NCBI GenBank assembly: GCA_023391815.1
Contig: JAEWAF010000023.1
Coordinates: 14,663-78,662, forward strand
Origin: Pseudomonadota bacterium
GTDB lineage: Bacteria > Pseudomonadota > Gammaproteobacteria > Steroidobacterales > Steroidobacteraceae
Reading direction: 5' to 3'
Length of the DNA: 64,000 bases
The notes beneath the pieces were generated by a model. It was not told the DNA's origin and ran no database searches. It saw only the letters and a list, made by a program, of their open reading frames with translations. The number at the start of each line of letters is the position of its first letter. Position 1 is the stretch's first letter. A program made the translations under genes and the position numbers. This document shows positions 1-9,277 of this stretch, piece by piece.

Positions 1-1707
1 ACGCCACATGTCTTCGCCCGAGAACTTCAGTCGCATGCACCGGCCGTTGACGACCTCGCCGAACTGAATCCACTCGGGGCTGTGCGGCTCGTCGCGCAGC
101 TTGAAACGATCGCCCGCCGCTTCCAGCGGCATCATTCCATCGACCCACAACTTGCCCTTGCGAAGCACGATGCGAATGCTGCCGATCCAGGGATTGTCGT
201 TCCGATAGTGACCGACATAGTTGTGCCATTCCTTGGGTACGTTGAATTGTTTCTCGCCACGATACTTGCCGTTCGTGTACCAATCCCCGCCCGACGCCAC
301 TTCGACCACCGCGCTCTTGGGATCTTTGGCGTCGGCGCGACCGAATACGAGTGGGAAAACACTCTTGCCGCCATCCGCGACAATGAATGCATCCGGCGCA
401 CCGGCCGGTTGCAGAGGCACTTTGTTACCCGCGCGCACGAGGAACAATTTGTCGCCGCCGCTCTCGAACTCCAACTTGCCGCCACCGCTCTGCTGATACG
501 AACCCGCATAGTCGGCGGCATTCGGCACACGCAGGGCCGGATTGGCGGGTGGGAGGCTGGGCAACGGCTTGGACATCTGCTGCTCGCGCATGAGCTGCAC
601 GGCGTACTGCGTGACCGGCGTCGGCCGATAGCCCTGCTGAGCGTTGACGGACGCGAACGCGCCGACGCCGTTGTCGATATCGACCAGCAACGACGACATG
701 AAGGACGTCATGCCACCGGTGTGGCGCACGACTGTGTGACCATCGAGCTTGTCGACCGCGAGACCGTAGCCATAGCTCGCGGTCGGGCCGAACTCCGGCG
801 CGACGATATGCGCTTTCGTGAACAGCGCGAAGGACTCCTTCGACATCAGTCTGCGACCGTTCGGACCTTCGCCGCCGTTGGCGATCATGCGCAGGTACGC
901 GCCCATATCTTTCGCCGTCGCGGCGACACAGCCGGCGCCGGTCGTCACGATGAGCCCCTGCGCTTCGGCGAGGCGAGCATCGCGTGTGTTGGGACGATCG
1001 TTGAGGAACAGCGAGTAGTTCTTCACCAGGCGATCGCGAATATCCATCGTGATCACCGGCTCCGACTGCGTCATGCCAAGCGGCTCGAGCACGCGCTTGC
1101 GAATGACCTCGGGCAACTCGCGACCGTCCAGAATCCCGGCGAGCTCGCCGAGCGCCTGGTAACCCATGTTGCAATAATGGAAGTGCTCACCGGGCGCATA
1201 GGCGGCGCGATGACGGAGCGACGGATCGGACGGCAACAGCGGACAGTTTCCCGGCAGGCCCGAACCGTGCGTCAACAAATCGTGCGTGGTGATGGGCTTG
1301 AACGCCGAATCGATCCGGAACCAGGGCAGGTATTCCACGATCGGCTTGTGCAGATCCAGTTTGCCTTCGTCATGCAGCTGCATCAGGCAGACTCCGACGA
1401 ACGATTTGCTGATCGAGCCGATCTCGAACAACTCATCGTCACCGACTGGAGCATGCCGTTCGACATCGCCGAACCCATAGTTCACGACGCGGCGCAGACC
1501 TTTGCGATCCGCCAGCACCAGGGTCATGCCGGGCGATTTCATTTCTTCCATGAACTGACGAGCGAACTCGTCCAGACGCGCGAACAGCGCCGCGTCCGCA
1601 CCGGACGCCGCGCTGCCCGTCGAATCGGCTACCGCGAACCGACCCATCGCGGTCACGCCTGCAAGTAAGCCGGTGTGTACCAACATCTCTCGTCGGCTGA
1701 TCCCCAT
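1..1707 (-). CDS. Tat-exported serine hydrolase, beta-lactamase/transpeptidase-like family (C-terminus runs off window; partial)
   Basis: Absent from ORF track because no stop lies inside the window. My minus-strand translation from ATG at 1707 reads MGISRREMLVHTGLLAGVTAMGRFAVA (twin-Arg signal), then ELFEIGSISKSFVGVCLMQLHDEGKLDL (SxxK nucleophile motif), later HTGGMTSFMSSLLVDIDNGVG. The frame is open to base 1. The plus ORF 82..1668 is its antisense shadow. Confidence 0.8.
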   Translation of the reverse strand, partial: MGISRREMLVHTGLLAGVTAMGRFAVADSTGSAASGADAALFARLDEFARQFMEEMKSPGMTLVLADRKGLRRVVNYGFGDVERHAPVGDDELFEIGSISKSFVGVCLMQLHDEGKLDLHKPIVEYLPWFRIDSAFKPITTHDLLTHGSGLPGNCPLLPSDPSLRHRAAYAPGEHFHYCNMGYQALGELAGILDGRELPEVIRKRVLEPLGMTQSEPVITMDIRDRLVKNYSLFLNDRPNTRDARLAEAQGLIVTTGAGCVAATAKDMGAYLRMIANGGEGPNGRRLMSKESFALFTKAHIVAPEFGPTASYGYGLAVDKLDGHTVVRHTGGMTSFMSSLLVDIDNGVGAFASVNAQQGYRPTPVTQYAVQLMREQQMSKPLPSLPPANPALRVPNAADYAGSYQQSGGGKLEFESGGDKLFLVRAGNKVPLQPAGAPDAFIVADGGKSVFPLVFGRADAKDPKSAVVEVASGGDWYTNGKYRGEKQFNVPKEWHNYVGHYRNDNPWIGSIRIVLRKGKLWVDGMMPLEAAGDRFKLRDEPHSPEWIQFGEVVNGRCMRLKFSGEDMWR

Positions 1708-1717
1708 GGTGTTCTCC

Positions 1718-3868
1718 TTATGAACCGGACTGTTGCAAATAACGGTCGAGGAATTCGTGCGTCGCTTCGAACACGCGCCGCCAGCTTCGATGCAGGATGA
1801 AATCGTGGACTTCGTTGGGAATGACCAGCAATTCCGGCTCGACCCGGGTGTGCTCCCGCAATCCGCGAACGAGTTCGACGGTTTGATCGAACGGCACTGC
1901 GCGATCGTCATCGCCGTGCACGAGCAGTACCGGCGCGCGCCAGTTCTTGACCGCGCTCAACGCCGACGACTGCCACGCCCGCTCGGCAACTTCCGCCGAC
2001 GCGCCGGGTGCGGTCAGGTCGGGAAGGATGGTCTTCCAGTTGTGCACGCCGGCCATGTCGACGCCAACGGCGAAGTCCTGCGGAAACTTCGCGAGCGCCA
2101 GCGACGTCATGATGCCGCCGTAGCTCATGCCATACACGCCGATGCGAGCAGCATCGATATCGCCGCGGCTCTTCAGATATTCAACCGCGCCACCGATATC
2201 ACGAGCCTCGCTGCCACCGCCGGCGGCAAAGTCGTCCGGCTCGCGGAAATTCAATCCGTAACCTGTACCGCCGCGGTAGTTGACCGAGAGAACGACATAT
2301 CCCTTCGAGGCCAGGAACTGATTCATCGCATACATATGAGTGTATGCGCCCATCGGATGCCAGCCGAGCAGCATCTGCCGCTGCGGTCCGCCGTGGAAGA
2401 ACAAGACCGCCGGTTGTTTGGAGCTCTTCTTTCCGCTCGGCACGAACAATTGGCCGTGCACCGACAACCCATCGGGGCTCTTGAACACCACGCGCTCCGG
2501 AGCGACCAGACGATCGCTGGGGAATGACAGCGCCGCGCCACTCGCCGGCATCGCATTGAAGGCACCATTCGCTTGAACCAGCGCGGGAGTCATCGGATCG
2601 CGCGCCGTGCTGTGCAACGCGAACAGCGCGCCTTTCTCAGTGACCACGGGGAAGTCCTCGATGCTTTCGCCCTGGGTCGTCCGCTGCGGCTTGCCGCCCT
2701 TCGCCGACACACGCCACAGATGACGATGATCGTCATCTTCAGCGTTGGAGGAATAGATCACGTCGCGACCCGAAGCATCCAACGTCGCCGAAAATACTTC
2801 CGCGCCATCCTGTGACAACGCGACCGGACGCGCACCCTTCTGCGACAGATCGAGAGCATAGAGCCGCAACCAACCGGTCTTTTCCCACGGAAACAGCAGA
2901 CGATTGTCCGCGGTCCAGAGCAAACTCGCGCTGCCCTCGATCGGCTGGAACACGCTGCCTGCACCGGCGTCGGCGGTCCATACCGGCTTGGCGCTGCCGC
3001 TCACAACATCGCCGACCCACACCGACCACGGATCGCCTGCACGCTTCGCGAAGAACGCGTCGGTCCAGAACGATATCGGCAGCGACGGATAACGAACCCA
3101 CGCGAGCCGCTTGCCGTCGCGAGACCAGCGCAGGCTCATGTCATGATCGACGCCGGGGCTCAGCCATTGAATGTTCTTCGATGAGACGTCGATGACGCCC
3201 ACGATCGAGTAATCCTTGCGATTACTCACGAACCCCAGGCGCTTGCCATCCGGCGACCACGACAGCTCGCTCGCAGCGCCGGCATCCTGGATCAATTGAG
3301 TCGCCGCGTCGGATCGAGACAGATTCGCCGTCCAGATCTGACCCGCGCGCACGAACGCGACATCGTCGTTGACTGGGGAGGTGACCGCATTGCTGCCCGG
3401 TCCAAACGAGCGGATCTCGCCCGAGTCGAGGCGCACCGACGCGATTTCCATCGCGATGGGCCCGGCGGCTGCGCTCAACGGATTGACCGGCCCGCCGCCT
3501 TCGAGACTGCCACCGCGCGAAAACACCAAAGACGAGCTGTCATGCGACCACTGCAGATCGGCGAGCTCGATCCCGTTATCCCCTTCCTGGCGAGTGAGCG
3601 GGCGCACCGCGAGCTTGCCGTCCTTGCCGAGCTGTCCCAGATAGATATTGCGCGCGCCCAGATGATTGGCGATCCAGGCGACCTGCTCGCCCTTGGGCGA
3701 CGCCGTCAATCCATAAGGAAACGGCGCACTCAACAGGTCTTCGATGGTGATGGATCGGTCGGCGGCGTGCGCTGGCGGAGCGAGAGCGGCCCCGAGGCAC
3801 AGGCACAGAGAAAGCAGCAGCCCCGCGCCTCGTTGCCGAGCGCGGTCTGGCAAATGGGAAAGCGTCAT
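1718..3868 (-). CDS. S9 family serine peptidase (prolyl oligopeptidase/acylaminoacyl-peptidase type), exported
   Basis: 716-aa ORF with signal peptide (LLLSLCLCLGAALAPPAHA). N-terminal propeller-like repeats (WSPDGKRLGF, WSRDGKRLAW). C-terminal alpha/beta hydrolase with GxSxGG elbow (GMSYGG), LVHGDDDRAVP and NEVHDF, consistent with a Ser-Asp-His triad. Confidence 0.9.
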   Translation of the reverse strand: MTLSHLPDRARQRGAGLLLSLCLCLGAALAPPAHAADRSITIEDLLSAPFPYGLTASPKGEQVAWIANHLGARNIYLGQLGKDGKLAVRPLTRQEGDNGIELADLQWSHDSSSLVFSRGGSLEGGGPVNPLSAAAGPIAMEIASVRLDSGEIRSFGPGSNAVTSPVNDDVAFVRAGQIWTANLSRSDAATQLIQDAGAASELSWSPDGKRLGFVSNRKDYSIVGVIDVSSKNIQWLSPGVDHDMSLRWSRDGKRLAWVRYPSLPISFWTDAFFAKRAGDPWSVWVGDVVSGSAKPVWTADAGAGSVFQPIEGSASLLWTADNRLLFPWEKTGWLRLYALDLSQKGARPVALSQDGAEVFSATLDASGRDVIYSSNAEDDDHRHLWRVSAKGGKPQRTTQGESIEDFPVVTEKGALFALHSTARDPMTPALVQANGAFNAMPASGAALSFPSDRLVAPERVVFKSPDGLSVHGQLFVPSGKKSSKQPAVLFFHGGPQRQMLLGWHPMGAYTHMYAMNQFLASKGYVVLSVNYRGGTGYGLNFREPDDFAAGGGSEARDIGGAVEYLKSRGDIDAARIGVYGMSYGGIMTSLALAKFPQDFAVGVDMAGVHNWKTILPDLTAPGASAEVAERAWQSSALSAVKNWRAPVLLVHGDDDRAVPFDQTVELVRGLREHTRVEPELLVIPNEVHDFILHRSWRRVFEATHEFLDRYLQQSGS

Positions 3869-3980
3869 TACGACTCCCGGATTGTTGTATCCCCCATGGG
3901 CCAGTCTAGGGAGGGGCCTATTCCTGTCAAGAGAATTTTCTCCATACAGGATAAACTCCTCCGAATGGAGATTACCGGAG

Positions 3981-4014
3981 CAAAATTAAGCCGCTCGTCG
4001 CCGATGGCGGCGAG
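3981..4014 (-). terminator. Candidate intrinsic terminator of the XRE-cupin regulator gene
   Basis: On the minus strand: CTCGCCGCC-ATC-GGCGACGAG (9-bp stem, one G:U) followed by CGGCTTAATTTTG. It begins 17 nt after the stop at 4031. Confidence 0.45.
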
Positions 4015-4030
4015 GCGCGAGCGCGGGCAG

Positions 4031-4759
4031 TTACGCCGCGCCGGCGCGCCGCTTGGCCTTTGCGGGGGCCTTCTTGTGGGCGGGAGATTTCGCCAGTTTC
4101 GGCTTCTCGGCGAGGTCGGTCTTGGCAGGTTTGGGCGCTTCGCCGCGCGCCTGAGAAATCAGCTCCTGCTGAAGGTTGGCCGCGGCCGAGGCACACACGG
4201 CGAGCACCGTCGCTTCCTCGAATCCGTCGGCGACGAGGTAGCCGTGGCCCATTTCGCTGTCGAGATAGATGTATTCGCCGGCTCGCAACGTAATCGGATC
4301 GTAAAACTCCGAGTGCACCTCGATGGCGCCTTCGAGCACGTACACGAATTCCTCGCCGGCATGACGCAGCAGCTCGCCGAACTCCTGCATGGTCCTGGAG
4401 CGCACGCGGCTGATGATCGGGATCATGATCTTGCCGCGCAGCTCGGTGCACAGATAGCGATAATCGTAATTCTTGGTTTCCACGCCCAGGCCGTCGGCGC
4501 TTTGGCCGACGCTCCGACGCGCCATGCCCTTGGGCTGCGGCGCGACCGGCGAGGCGTTGAGAAAGTCCGACAGGCTCATGCCGAGCTTGTCGCTCAGATC
4601 CACCAGCTTGTCATAGGTCAACGTGAGGTGACCCTTCTCGACCTTGGCGAGCGTCGAAAGCGGAATCGCCACGTGCTGGCTCATCTCGGCGAGCGTCCAG
4701 CCGTTGCTGGTGCGGATGTGCCTAACGATATTTCCCAGGCTGGGCTTGGCCTTTACCAT
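4031..4759 (-). CDS. XRE-family HTH transcriptional regulator with C-terminal cupin domain and Lys/Ala/Pro-rich tail
   Basis: LGNIVRHIRTSNGWTLAEMSQHVAIPLSTLAKVEKG is an HTH_3/XRE motif. The cupin core reads EEFVYVLEGAIEVH...AGEYIYLDSEMGHGY. The tail is AEKPKLAKSPAHKKAPAKAKRRAGAA. The track start at 4768 is TTG, so I use the ATG at 4759 (MVKAKPS). Confidence 0.85.
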   Translation of the reverse strand: MVKAKPSLGNIVRHIRTSNGWTLAEMSQHVAIPLSTLAKVEKGHLTLTYDKLVDLSDKLGMSLSDFLNASPVAPQPKGMARRSVGQSADGLGVETKNYDYRYLCTELRGKIMIPIISRVRSRTMQEFGELLRHAGEEFVYVLEGAIEVHSEFYDPITLRAGEYIYLDSEMGHGYLVADGFEEATVLAVCASAAANLQQELISQARGEAPKPAKTDLAEKPKLAKSPAHKKAPAKAKRRAGAA

Positions 4760-4824
4760 ACAATGCAAATCATAACGTCAGCGCTGCTCCTATGCAGCTT
4801 GCTTTGCGTCCTCGAGGATCACAC

Positions 4825-5898
4825 ATGACTTTTACGATCACACCGCACGCTTCACCCGTCAGCACGCAGGCCCGCGAGAAAGCCCTCGAGGATCCCGGCT
4901 TCGGTCGCGTATTCACGGATCACATGGTGACGCTGCGCTGGACCGTCAAAGGCGGCTGGCACGATGGCAAGGTCACGGCGCGCGCACCGCTGGCGATCGA
5001 CCCGGCCTGTGCAGTGCTTCACTACGCGCAGGAAGTGTTCGAAGGCATGAAAGCGTATCGCACCGCCAAGGGCGAAATCGTGCTTTTTCGTCCGGACATG
5101 AATGCGACGCGCTTTGCCCGCTCGGCCGAACGCCTGGCCATGCCGGCCATGCCGGAGGCGCTGTTCATCCAGGCGGTCGAAGAACTGGTGAAGATCGATA
5201 AGGACTGGGTGCCGAGCGGCGCGGGCAGCCTGTACCTGCGGCCTTTCATGTTCGCGAGCGAGGCGTTCCTCGGCGTGCGCCCGGCCCAGGAATACATCTT
5301 CTGCGTGATCGCCTGCCCCGTCGGCCCGTACTTCAAGGGCGGCGACAAGCCCCTGAAGCTGTGGGTGTCGGATAAATACACTCGCGCGGCTCCCGGCGGT
5401 ACCGGGGCGGCGAAGTGCGGCGGCAATTACGCCGCGAGCCTGATCGCTCAAGCCGAAGCGGCCGAGCATGGTTGCGATCAAGTGGTGTTCCTCGACGCCG
5501 CCGAACATCGTTGGATCGAAGAGCTCGGCGGTATGAATTTGTTCTTCGTGATGAGCGACGGCTCGATCGTCACACCGCCGCTGACCGGAACGATTCTGCC
5601 AGGCATCACCCGCACCAGCATCATCGAAATCGCGCGCAGCATGGGAATGAAGGTTTCCGAAACGCCCTACTCGATGGATCAATGGCGCTCCGACGCGGAG
5701 AGCGGCAAGCTCAGCGAAGCTTTCGCCTGCGGCACGGCCGCGGTCGTCGCGAGCATCGGTGAGATCGTGAGCTCGTCGGGCTCGTTCCGTGTTCCCAATG
5801 CGCAGGGCGCGACGGTCGCGAGCAAGCTCAAAGAGCAGTTGGTGGGAATTCAGCGCGGCAGCATCGCCGATTCACGCGGCTGGGTCCGCAAGGTCTGA
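4825..5898 (+). CDS. ilvE: Branched-chain amino acid aminotransferase (class IV, long form)
   Basis: MTFTITPH...GFGRVFTDHMV...AVLHYAQEVFEGMKAY...LYLRPFMFASEAFLGVRPA...GGTGAAKCGGNYAASL. GAGGA lies 6 nt upstream of the ATG at 4825. Confidence 0.93.
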   Translation: MTFTITPHASPVSTQAREKALEDPGFGRVFTDHMVTLRWTVKGGWHDGKVTARAPLAIDPACAVLHYAQEVFEGMKAYRTAKGEIVLFRPDMNATRFARSAERLAMPAMPEALFIQAVEELVKIDKDWVPSGAGSLYLRPFMFASEAFLGVRPAQEYIFCVIACPVGPYFKGGDKPLKLWVSDKYTRAAPGGTGAAKCGGNYAASLIAQAEAAEHGCDQVVFLDAAEHRWIEELGGMNLFFVMSDGSIVTPPLTGTILPGITRTSIIEIARSMGMKVSETPYSMDQWRSDAESGKLSEAFACGTAAVVASIGEIVSSSGSFRVPNAQGATVASKLKEQLVGIQRGSIADSRGWVRKV

Positions 5899-5914
5899 CC
5901 CGACTTGGGTTGCG

Positions 5915-5946
5915 CTCGGATCGATGGCGCGAGCCGTCGATCCGAG
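5915..5946. terminator. GC-rich hairpin between convergent ilvE and MBL-rhodanese genes (possible bidirectional terminator)
   Basis: CTCGGATCGATGG-CGCGAG-CCGTCGATCCGAG, a 13-bp stem with one mismatch. No clear U tract on either side. Confidence 0.35.
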
Positions 5947-5954
5947 TGTGACGT

Positions 5955-6989
5955 TCAGCTGCCAGCGACCGTCGGATAGCCCGCCTCACGCCAGGCTTTC
6001 ATTCCACCGTCCAAGGCCACCGCGCCCTTGAAGCCCATCTGTCGCAACGTGGCGGTCGCCAGCGTCGACACTCTGCCGAACTCACAATAGACCAGAATCC
6101 GACGCGTCGGATCGGGCAGCTCCTGATTCACGCGCAACTCCAACTGCCCGCGCGGCAGGTGCTGTGCGCCTTGAATGTGACCTTCCTGGAACGCATCGCG
6201 CTCGCGTACGTCGAGCACGATGAAATCACATCTGTCGCTCTCGACGCACGCCTTCAACTCCGAGAGCGACATGAAAGGCACAGCCGCGGCCGCTTCGGCC
6301 AACATCTGCGCGACCGTTTTGCCGCCTGTCATGTTCGTACGCAGTGCCTCGGTGATATGCGTCGGCATCGTCAGATTGAGGTTCTGCATCATCTCGATGA
6401 AAGCGCCGCGATCGCGTTGTTGAAGGCGCGGGTTCTCGGCGAGCTCCTGGCCGATGGTCGTGTGCGTACGACCTTTGTATTCATGGGCCGGAAAGACTTT
6501 CGTCCCGGGGTCCAGCTTCAACACGTGGTTGAAGAGGCTGTCGTAGAGCGCACTGGCATCGCCGGTCGGCAGGTCAGTGCGACCGGTCGCGCCGATGAGT
6601 AAGGTATCGCCGGTGAAGACGCGATCCTGCACTGTCAGACACATGGAATCGCTCGTATGCCCGGGCGTGTGCATCGCCTGAATTCGCAGCTTGCCGACGA
6701 CCAGCAATTCGCCGGTTTGCAGCCGCAGATCGACGAACGGGGCGGGGCTCGCGCCATGCATCACCACCGGAACATTGAGCTGGCGGGCCAACTCCTGCGT
6801 GCCAGAGAAATGATCCGCGTGTGTATGAGTATCCACCAGATACTTGATTCGCAGCCCATGCCGCGCGGCCACGGCGAGATAACGATCGATCTGGCTCAGC
6901 TCGGGATCGATCAACGCCGCGGCGCAGGTCTCTTCACAGCCAACGAGATAGGAGCGGCATCCCCCGGAGACCACGGTTTCGAACAACAT
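5955..6989 (-). CDS. Metallo-beta-lactamase-fold (persulfide dioxygenase-like) protein fused to a rhodanese domain
   Basis: MLFETVVSGGCRSYLVGC...VDTHTHADHFSG (HxHxDH) in the N-terminal half. The C-terminal rhodanese has the active-site loop VYCEFGRVS. Start moved to the internal ATG at 6989, because the 39-aa upstream extension looks non-coding. Confidence 0.85.
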   Translation of the reverse strand: MLFETVVSGGCRSYLVGCEETCAAALIDPELSQIDRYLAVAARHGLRIKYLVDTHTHADHFSGTQELARQLNVPVVMHGASPAPFVDLRLQTGELLVVGKLRIQAMHTPGHTSDSMCLTVQDRVFTGDTLLIGATGRTDLPTGDASALYDSLFNHVLKLDPGTKVFPAHEYKGRTHTTIGQELAENPRLQQRDRGAFIEMMQNLNLTMPTHITEALRTNMTGGKTVAQMLAEAAAAVPFMSLSELKACVESDRCDFIVLDVRERDAFQEGHIQGAQHLPRGQLELRVNQELPDPTRRILVYCEFGRVSTLATATLRQMGFKGAVALDGGMKAWREAGYPTVAGS

Positions 6990-7121
6990 GACACGCTCCA
7001 GGCCGAAGTGCACTGGCGAGGATCGTAGTGGCAAGTCGGCGAGAGTCGCAATAGCACCTCTTGTAAGGCGTCGGCTCGCCCCCACTTTCCGATCCGATAT
7101 CAACAACGACAGAAGCCTGGC

Positions 7122-7370
7122 ATGGACTCGCTCATTCGCTTCATTGCGGTCACCATCGCGATCGCAGCCGTCATCATCGGGGCCGCCGTGGGCGGCACTG
7201 CCGCGGTCAAATGGGCCCGCAAGGGATCGCCGCTCGCGAGCATCGTCAGCTGGGCGTTGCTATTACCCACGGCTGGGATGAATCCCAAGCCGCCACCCCA
7301 GGAACAAGTGGAACAGGTCGCTAGAGAGCGGAGGACGAAGAGAGAAAACGAATCGGGCGCCGATGTGTGA
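7122..7370 (+). CDS. Small hypothetical membrane protein
   Basis: 82 aa. Hydrophobic segment FIAVTIAIAAVIIGAAVGGTAA, then a charged tail. Codon third positions are GC-rich like neighbouring genes. No homology recognised. Confidence 0.45.
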   Translation: MDSLIRFIAVTIAIAAVIIGAAVGGTAAVKWARKGSPLASIVSWALLLPTAGMNPKPPPQEQVEQVARERRTKRENESGADV

Positions 7371-7393
7371 TGTCGGCGCCGGGCGGCATCGTC

Positions 7394-7921
7394 TCACCGT
7401 TTCAGAATGAACTCCCGATCCACTGTCTTGCCTACCGGAAAGCCGTACTCGCCGACCTTGCTGAAGCCGTAGCGCTGATAGAAACGCTGCGCGCCGTAGT
7501 TCTCCGACCAGACGCCGATATATAACGGCGCGCGCCCTTGCGAGGCGAGCCATTCGAGACCGAGGTCCATCAATCGCCGGCCGAGCCGAAGGTTGTGAAA
7601 CTCAGCGAGCACATACAGCTGCTGTATCTCGCCCGCTTGTGCTTCGAGATTCTCCACCGGCAGTTTGCAGGCACCGACCGCGATGAAGCCGATCTTTCGT
7701 CCGCTCCGATGCTCGACCACGAACACGCCGCGGGTGGGATCGCTGAGCGAGCGAGCCCAGCTTTCCGGGCTGTGACTCTTCGACAAGAACGCCTGCAGAT
7801 CTTCGGGTGGATACAAGTGCCCGAACGTTTCGCTGAACGTCGCGCCGCCTAATTCGGCCATGGCCGCGGCGTCGCTTTGAGTGGCTTTGCGGATGGAGAT
7901 TGAATCGGGAGTGAGAGTCAT
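7394..7921 (-). CDS. GNAT family N-acetyltransferase
   Basis: IRKATQSDAAAMAEL...QLYVLAEFHNLRLGRRLMDLGLEWL...YQRYGF (acetyl-CoA binding Q/RxxGxG/A-like motif). Internal ATG at 7921 (MTLTPD) preferred. Confidence 0.85.
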   Translation of the reverse strand: MTLTPDSISIRKATQSDAAAMAELGGATFSETFGHLYPPEDLQAFLSKSHSPESWARSLSDPTRGVFVVEHRSGRKIGFIAVGACKLPVENLEAQAGEIQQLYVLAEFHNLRLGRRLMDLGLEWLASQGRAPLYIGVWSENYGAQRFYQRYGFSKVGEYGFPVGKTVDREFILKR

Positions 7922-7951
7922 GGTCGTCGACGGAACACGGGAATGAGCCAA

Positions 7952-8638
7952 CTATGCCACGTCGCCACCGGACTGTTCCATTCGCCGCGACCAGTCCTCG
8001 ATCTGGGACGAGTGCAGCCGACGTTCGAACAAGCGCCGCCAGCTCGGCGGCAGCGGCAACTCGAGCAGCGGCTCGATCACGGCCGGGTCTACTTCGCGAT
8101 CTCTGATAATCGTGAGGACGCGCGCGATGGTCCATTCCGGATAGGGACGGTCCAGGATTTCGATGTGATCGCCGGCGCGGAGCTCACCGGGTTCGAGAAC
8201 GCGCAAGTACCATCCCGCGCGCAGGCTCTCCTGAACCTGCGCGGCCATGTCCGAAACACCAAAGCGTAGATTGAGCTTGAAGCACGGTTGCCGTCCCTGG
8301 CTCACCTCGAATATGACAGAGCCGATGCGCCAGCGGTCGGCGATGCATACGTCATGTTCATCCATGCCCTCGATACTCAGGTTTTCTCCAAAAGCACCCG
8401 GCGCCTGCAGTAGCGGATGGCTTGGAAACCGTTGCTGCCAAATGGAGTAATGCGCCCGCGGATAGCAGTGCACTGCCTTGTCCACGCCCCCGTGCACTCG
8501 CAGGTCTGCCTGACTGTCCCCCACCAGGCCGAGCGCCGTCACTCGCTGAGCGCCGCTCACCGGTTTCTTGTCGATACCGCTGAGCGTGCGACCCAGGGGA
8601 CGAACGCTGCCGCTAAGAACCGCGAGTACGCTTGCCAT
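7952..8638 (-). CDS. MOSC domain protein (YiiM-like)
   Basis: GLVGDSQADLRVHGGVDKAVHCYP...FGENLSIEGM...FEVSQGRQPCFKLNLRF, typical of the MOSC plus 3-alpha domain layout. Confidence 0.85.
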   Translation of the reverse strand: MASVLAVLSGSVRPLGRTLSGIDKKPVSGAQRVTALGLVGDSQADLRVHGGVDKAVHCYPRAHYSIWQQRFPSHPLLQAPGAFGENLSIEGMDEHDVCIADRWRIGSVIFEVSQGRQPCFKLNLRFGVSDMAAQVQESLRAGWYLRVLEPGELRAGDHIEILDRPYPEWTIARVLTIIRDREVDPAVIEPLLELPLPPSWRRLFERRLHSSQIEDWSRRMEQSGGDVA

Positions 8639-8656
8639 CGTGTCCTCTCAACTAGC

Positions 8657-9196
8657 TCAGCGCCGCAACTTCACCGACGGGAAGTCCACCGGCACCGCGA
8701 ACGCCACGTTGACGTAGTTGGTGAACAAGTTCAACGCGACGTGCGCCACGATCTCAACCACCTCCTCATCATCGAAACCCGCCGCTTTCAAGGCACCCAC
8801 GTCGGCTGCATTTACCTGTCCGCGCTTCTCCACCAACAGCAGAGCGAAGCGCAACGCTGCCGCTGTTCTCGGATCGGCAGACTGCCCTTCCTGCGCAAGC
8901 GACATCTCTTCAGCTGTCGCGCCCGCCTTCCGACCGAGCGCGGTGTGCGCGGCGAGGCAGTACTCACAAGCATTGCGATCGGCCACGGCTACCGCGATCT
9001 GCTCGCCCAGCTTCGCGGGAATCTTTCCACCGCTCAATGCAGCGAATGAGCCCCACATGCTCTTCAACGCAGCGGAAGAATTGGCGACTGCCTTGAACAT
9101 GTTCGGAGTTACGCCGAGAGCACTCTGGATCTGCGACAGCAGAGCATGCCGGTCTTCGGTGGTGTGCCGGGGATCGACGAGAGCGATACGAGTCAT
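8657..9196 (-). CDS. Carboxymuconolactone decarboxylase/AhpD-like family protein
   Basis: ADRNACEYCLAAHTALG carries the CxxC of alkylhydroperoxidase AhpD-like proteins. 179 aa, all-helical-looking composition. Confidence 0.88.
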   Translation of the reverse strand: MTRIALVDPRHTTEDRHALLSQIQSALGVTPNMFKAVANSSAALKSMWGSFAALSGGKIPAKLGEQIAVAVADRNACEYCLAAHTALGRKAGATAEEMSLAQEGQSADPRTAAALRFALLLVEKRGQVNAADVGALKAAGFDDEEVVEIVAHVALNLFTNYVNVAFAVPVDFPSVKLRR

Positions 9197-9277
9197 CGAG
9201 CTAACCTCTTCAGTGGAGCCGTTGCATCGGCGGCGAGCGGGTTGAATATTGCGCTCGTCGCTCGGATCATAGGCGTC

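Noticed and set aside
82-1668. 528-aa plus-strand ORF, the longest track ORF at the left edge
   Set aside because: It is Arg/Ala/His-rich with no motifs and is exactly antisense to a minus-strand frame that translates into a convincing Tat-signal beta-lactamase-family hydrolase (SISK motif). This is a typical high-GC shadow ORF.
3296-4828. 510-aa plus-strand ORF spanning the peptidase 5' end, the intergenic region and the whole XRE-cupin gene
   Set aside because: It crosses an obvious intergenic/terminator region and is antisense to two well-supported genes. The product is Arg-rich and low in complexity.
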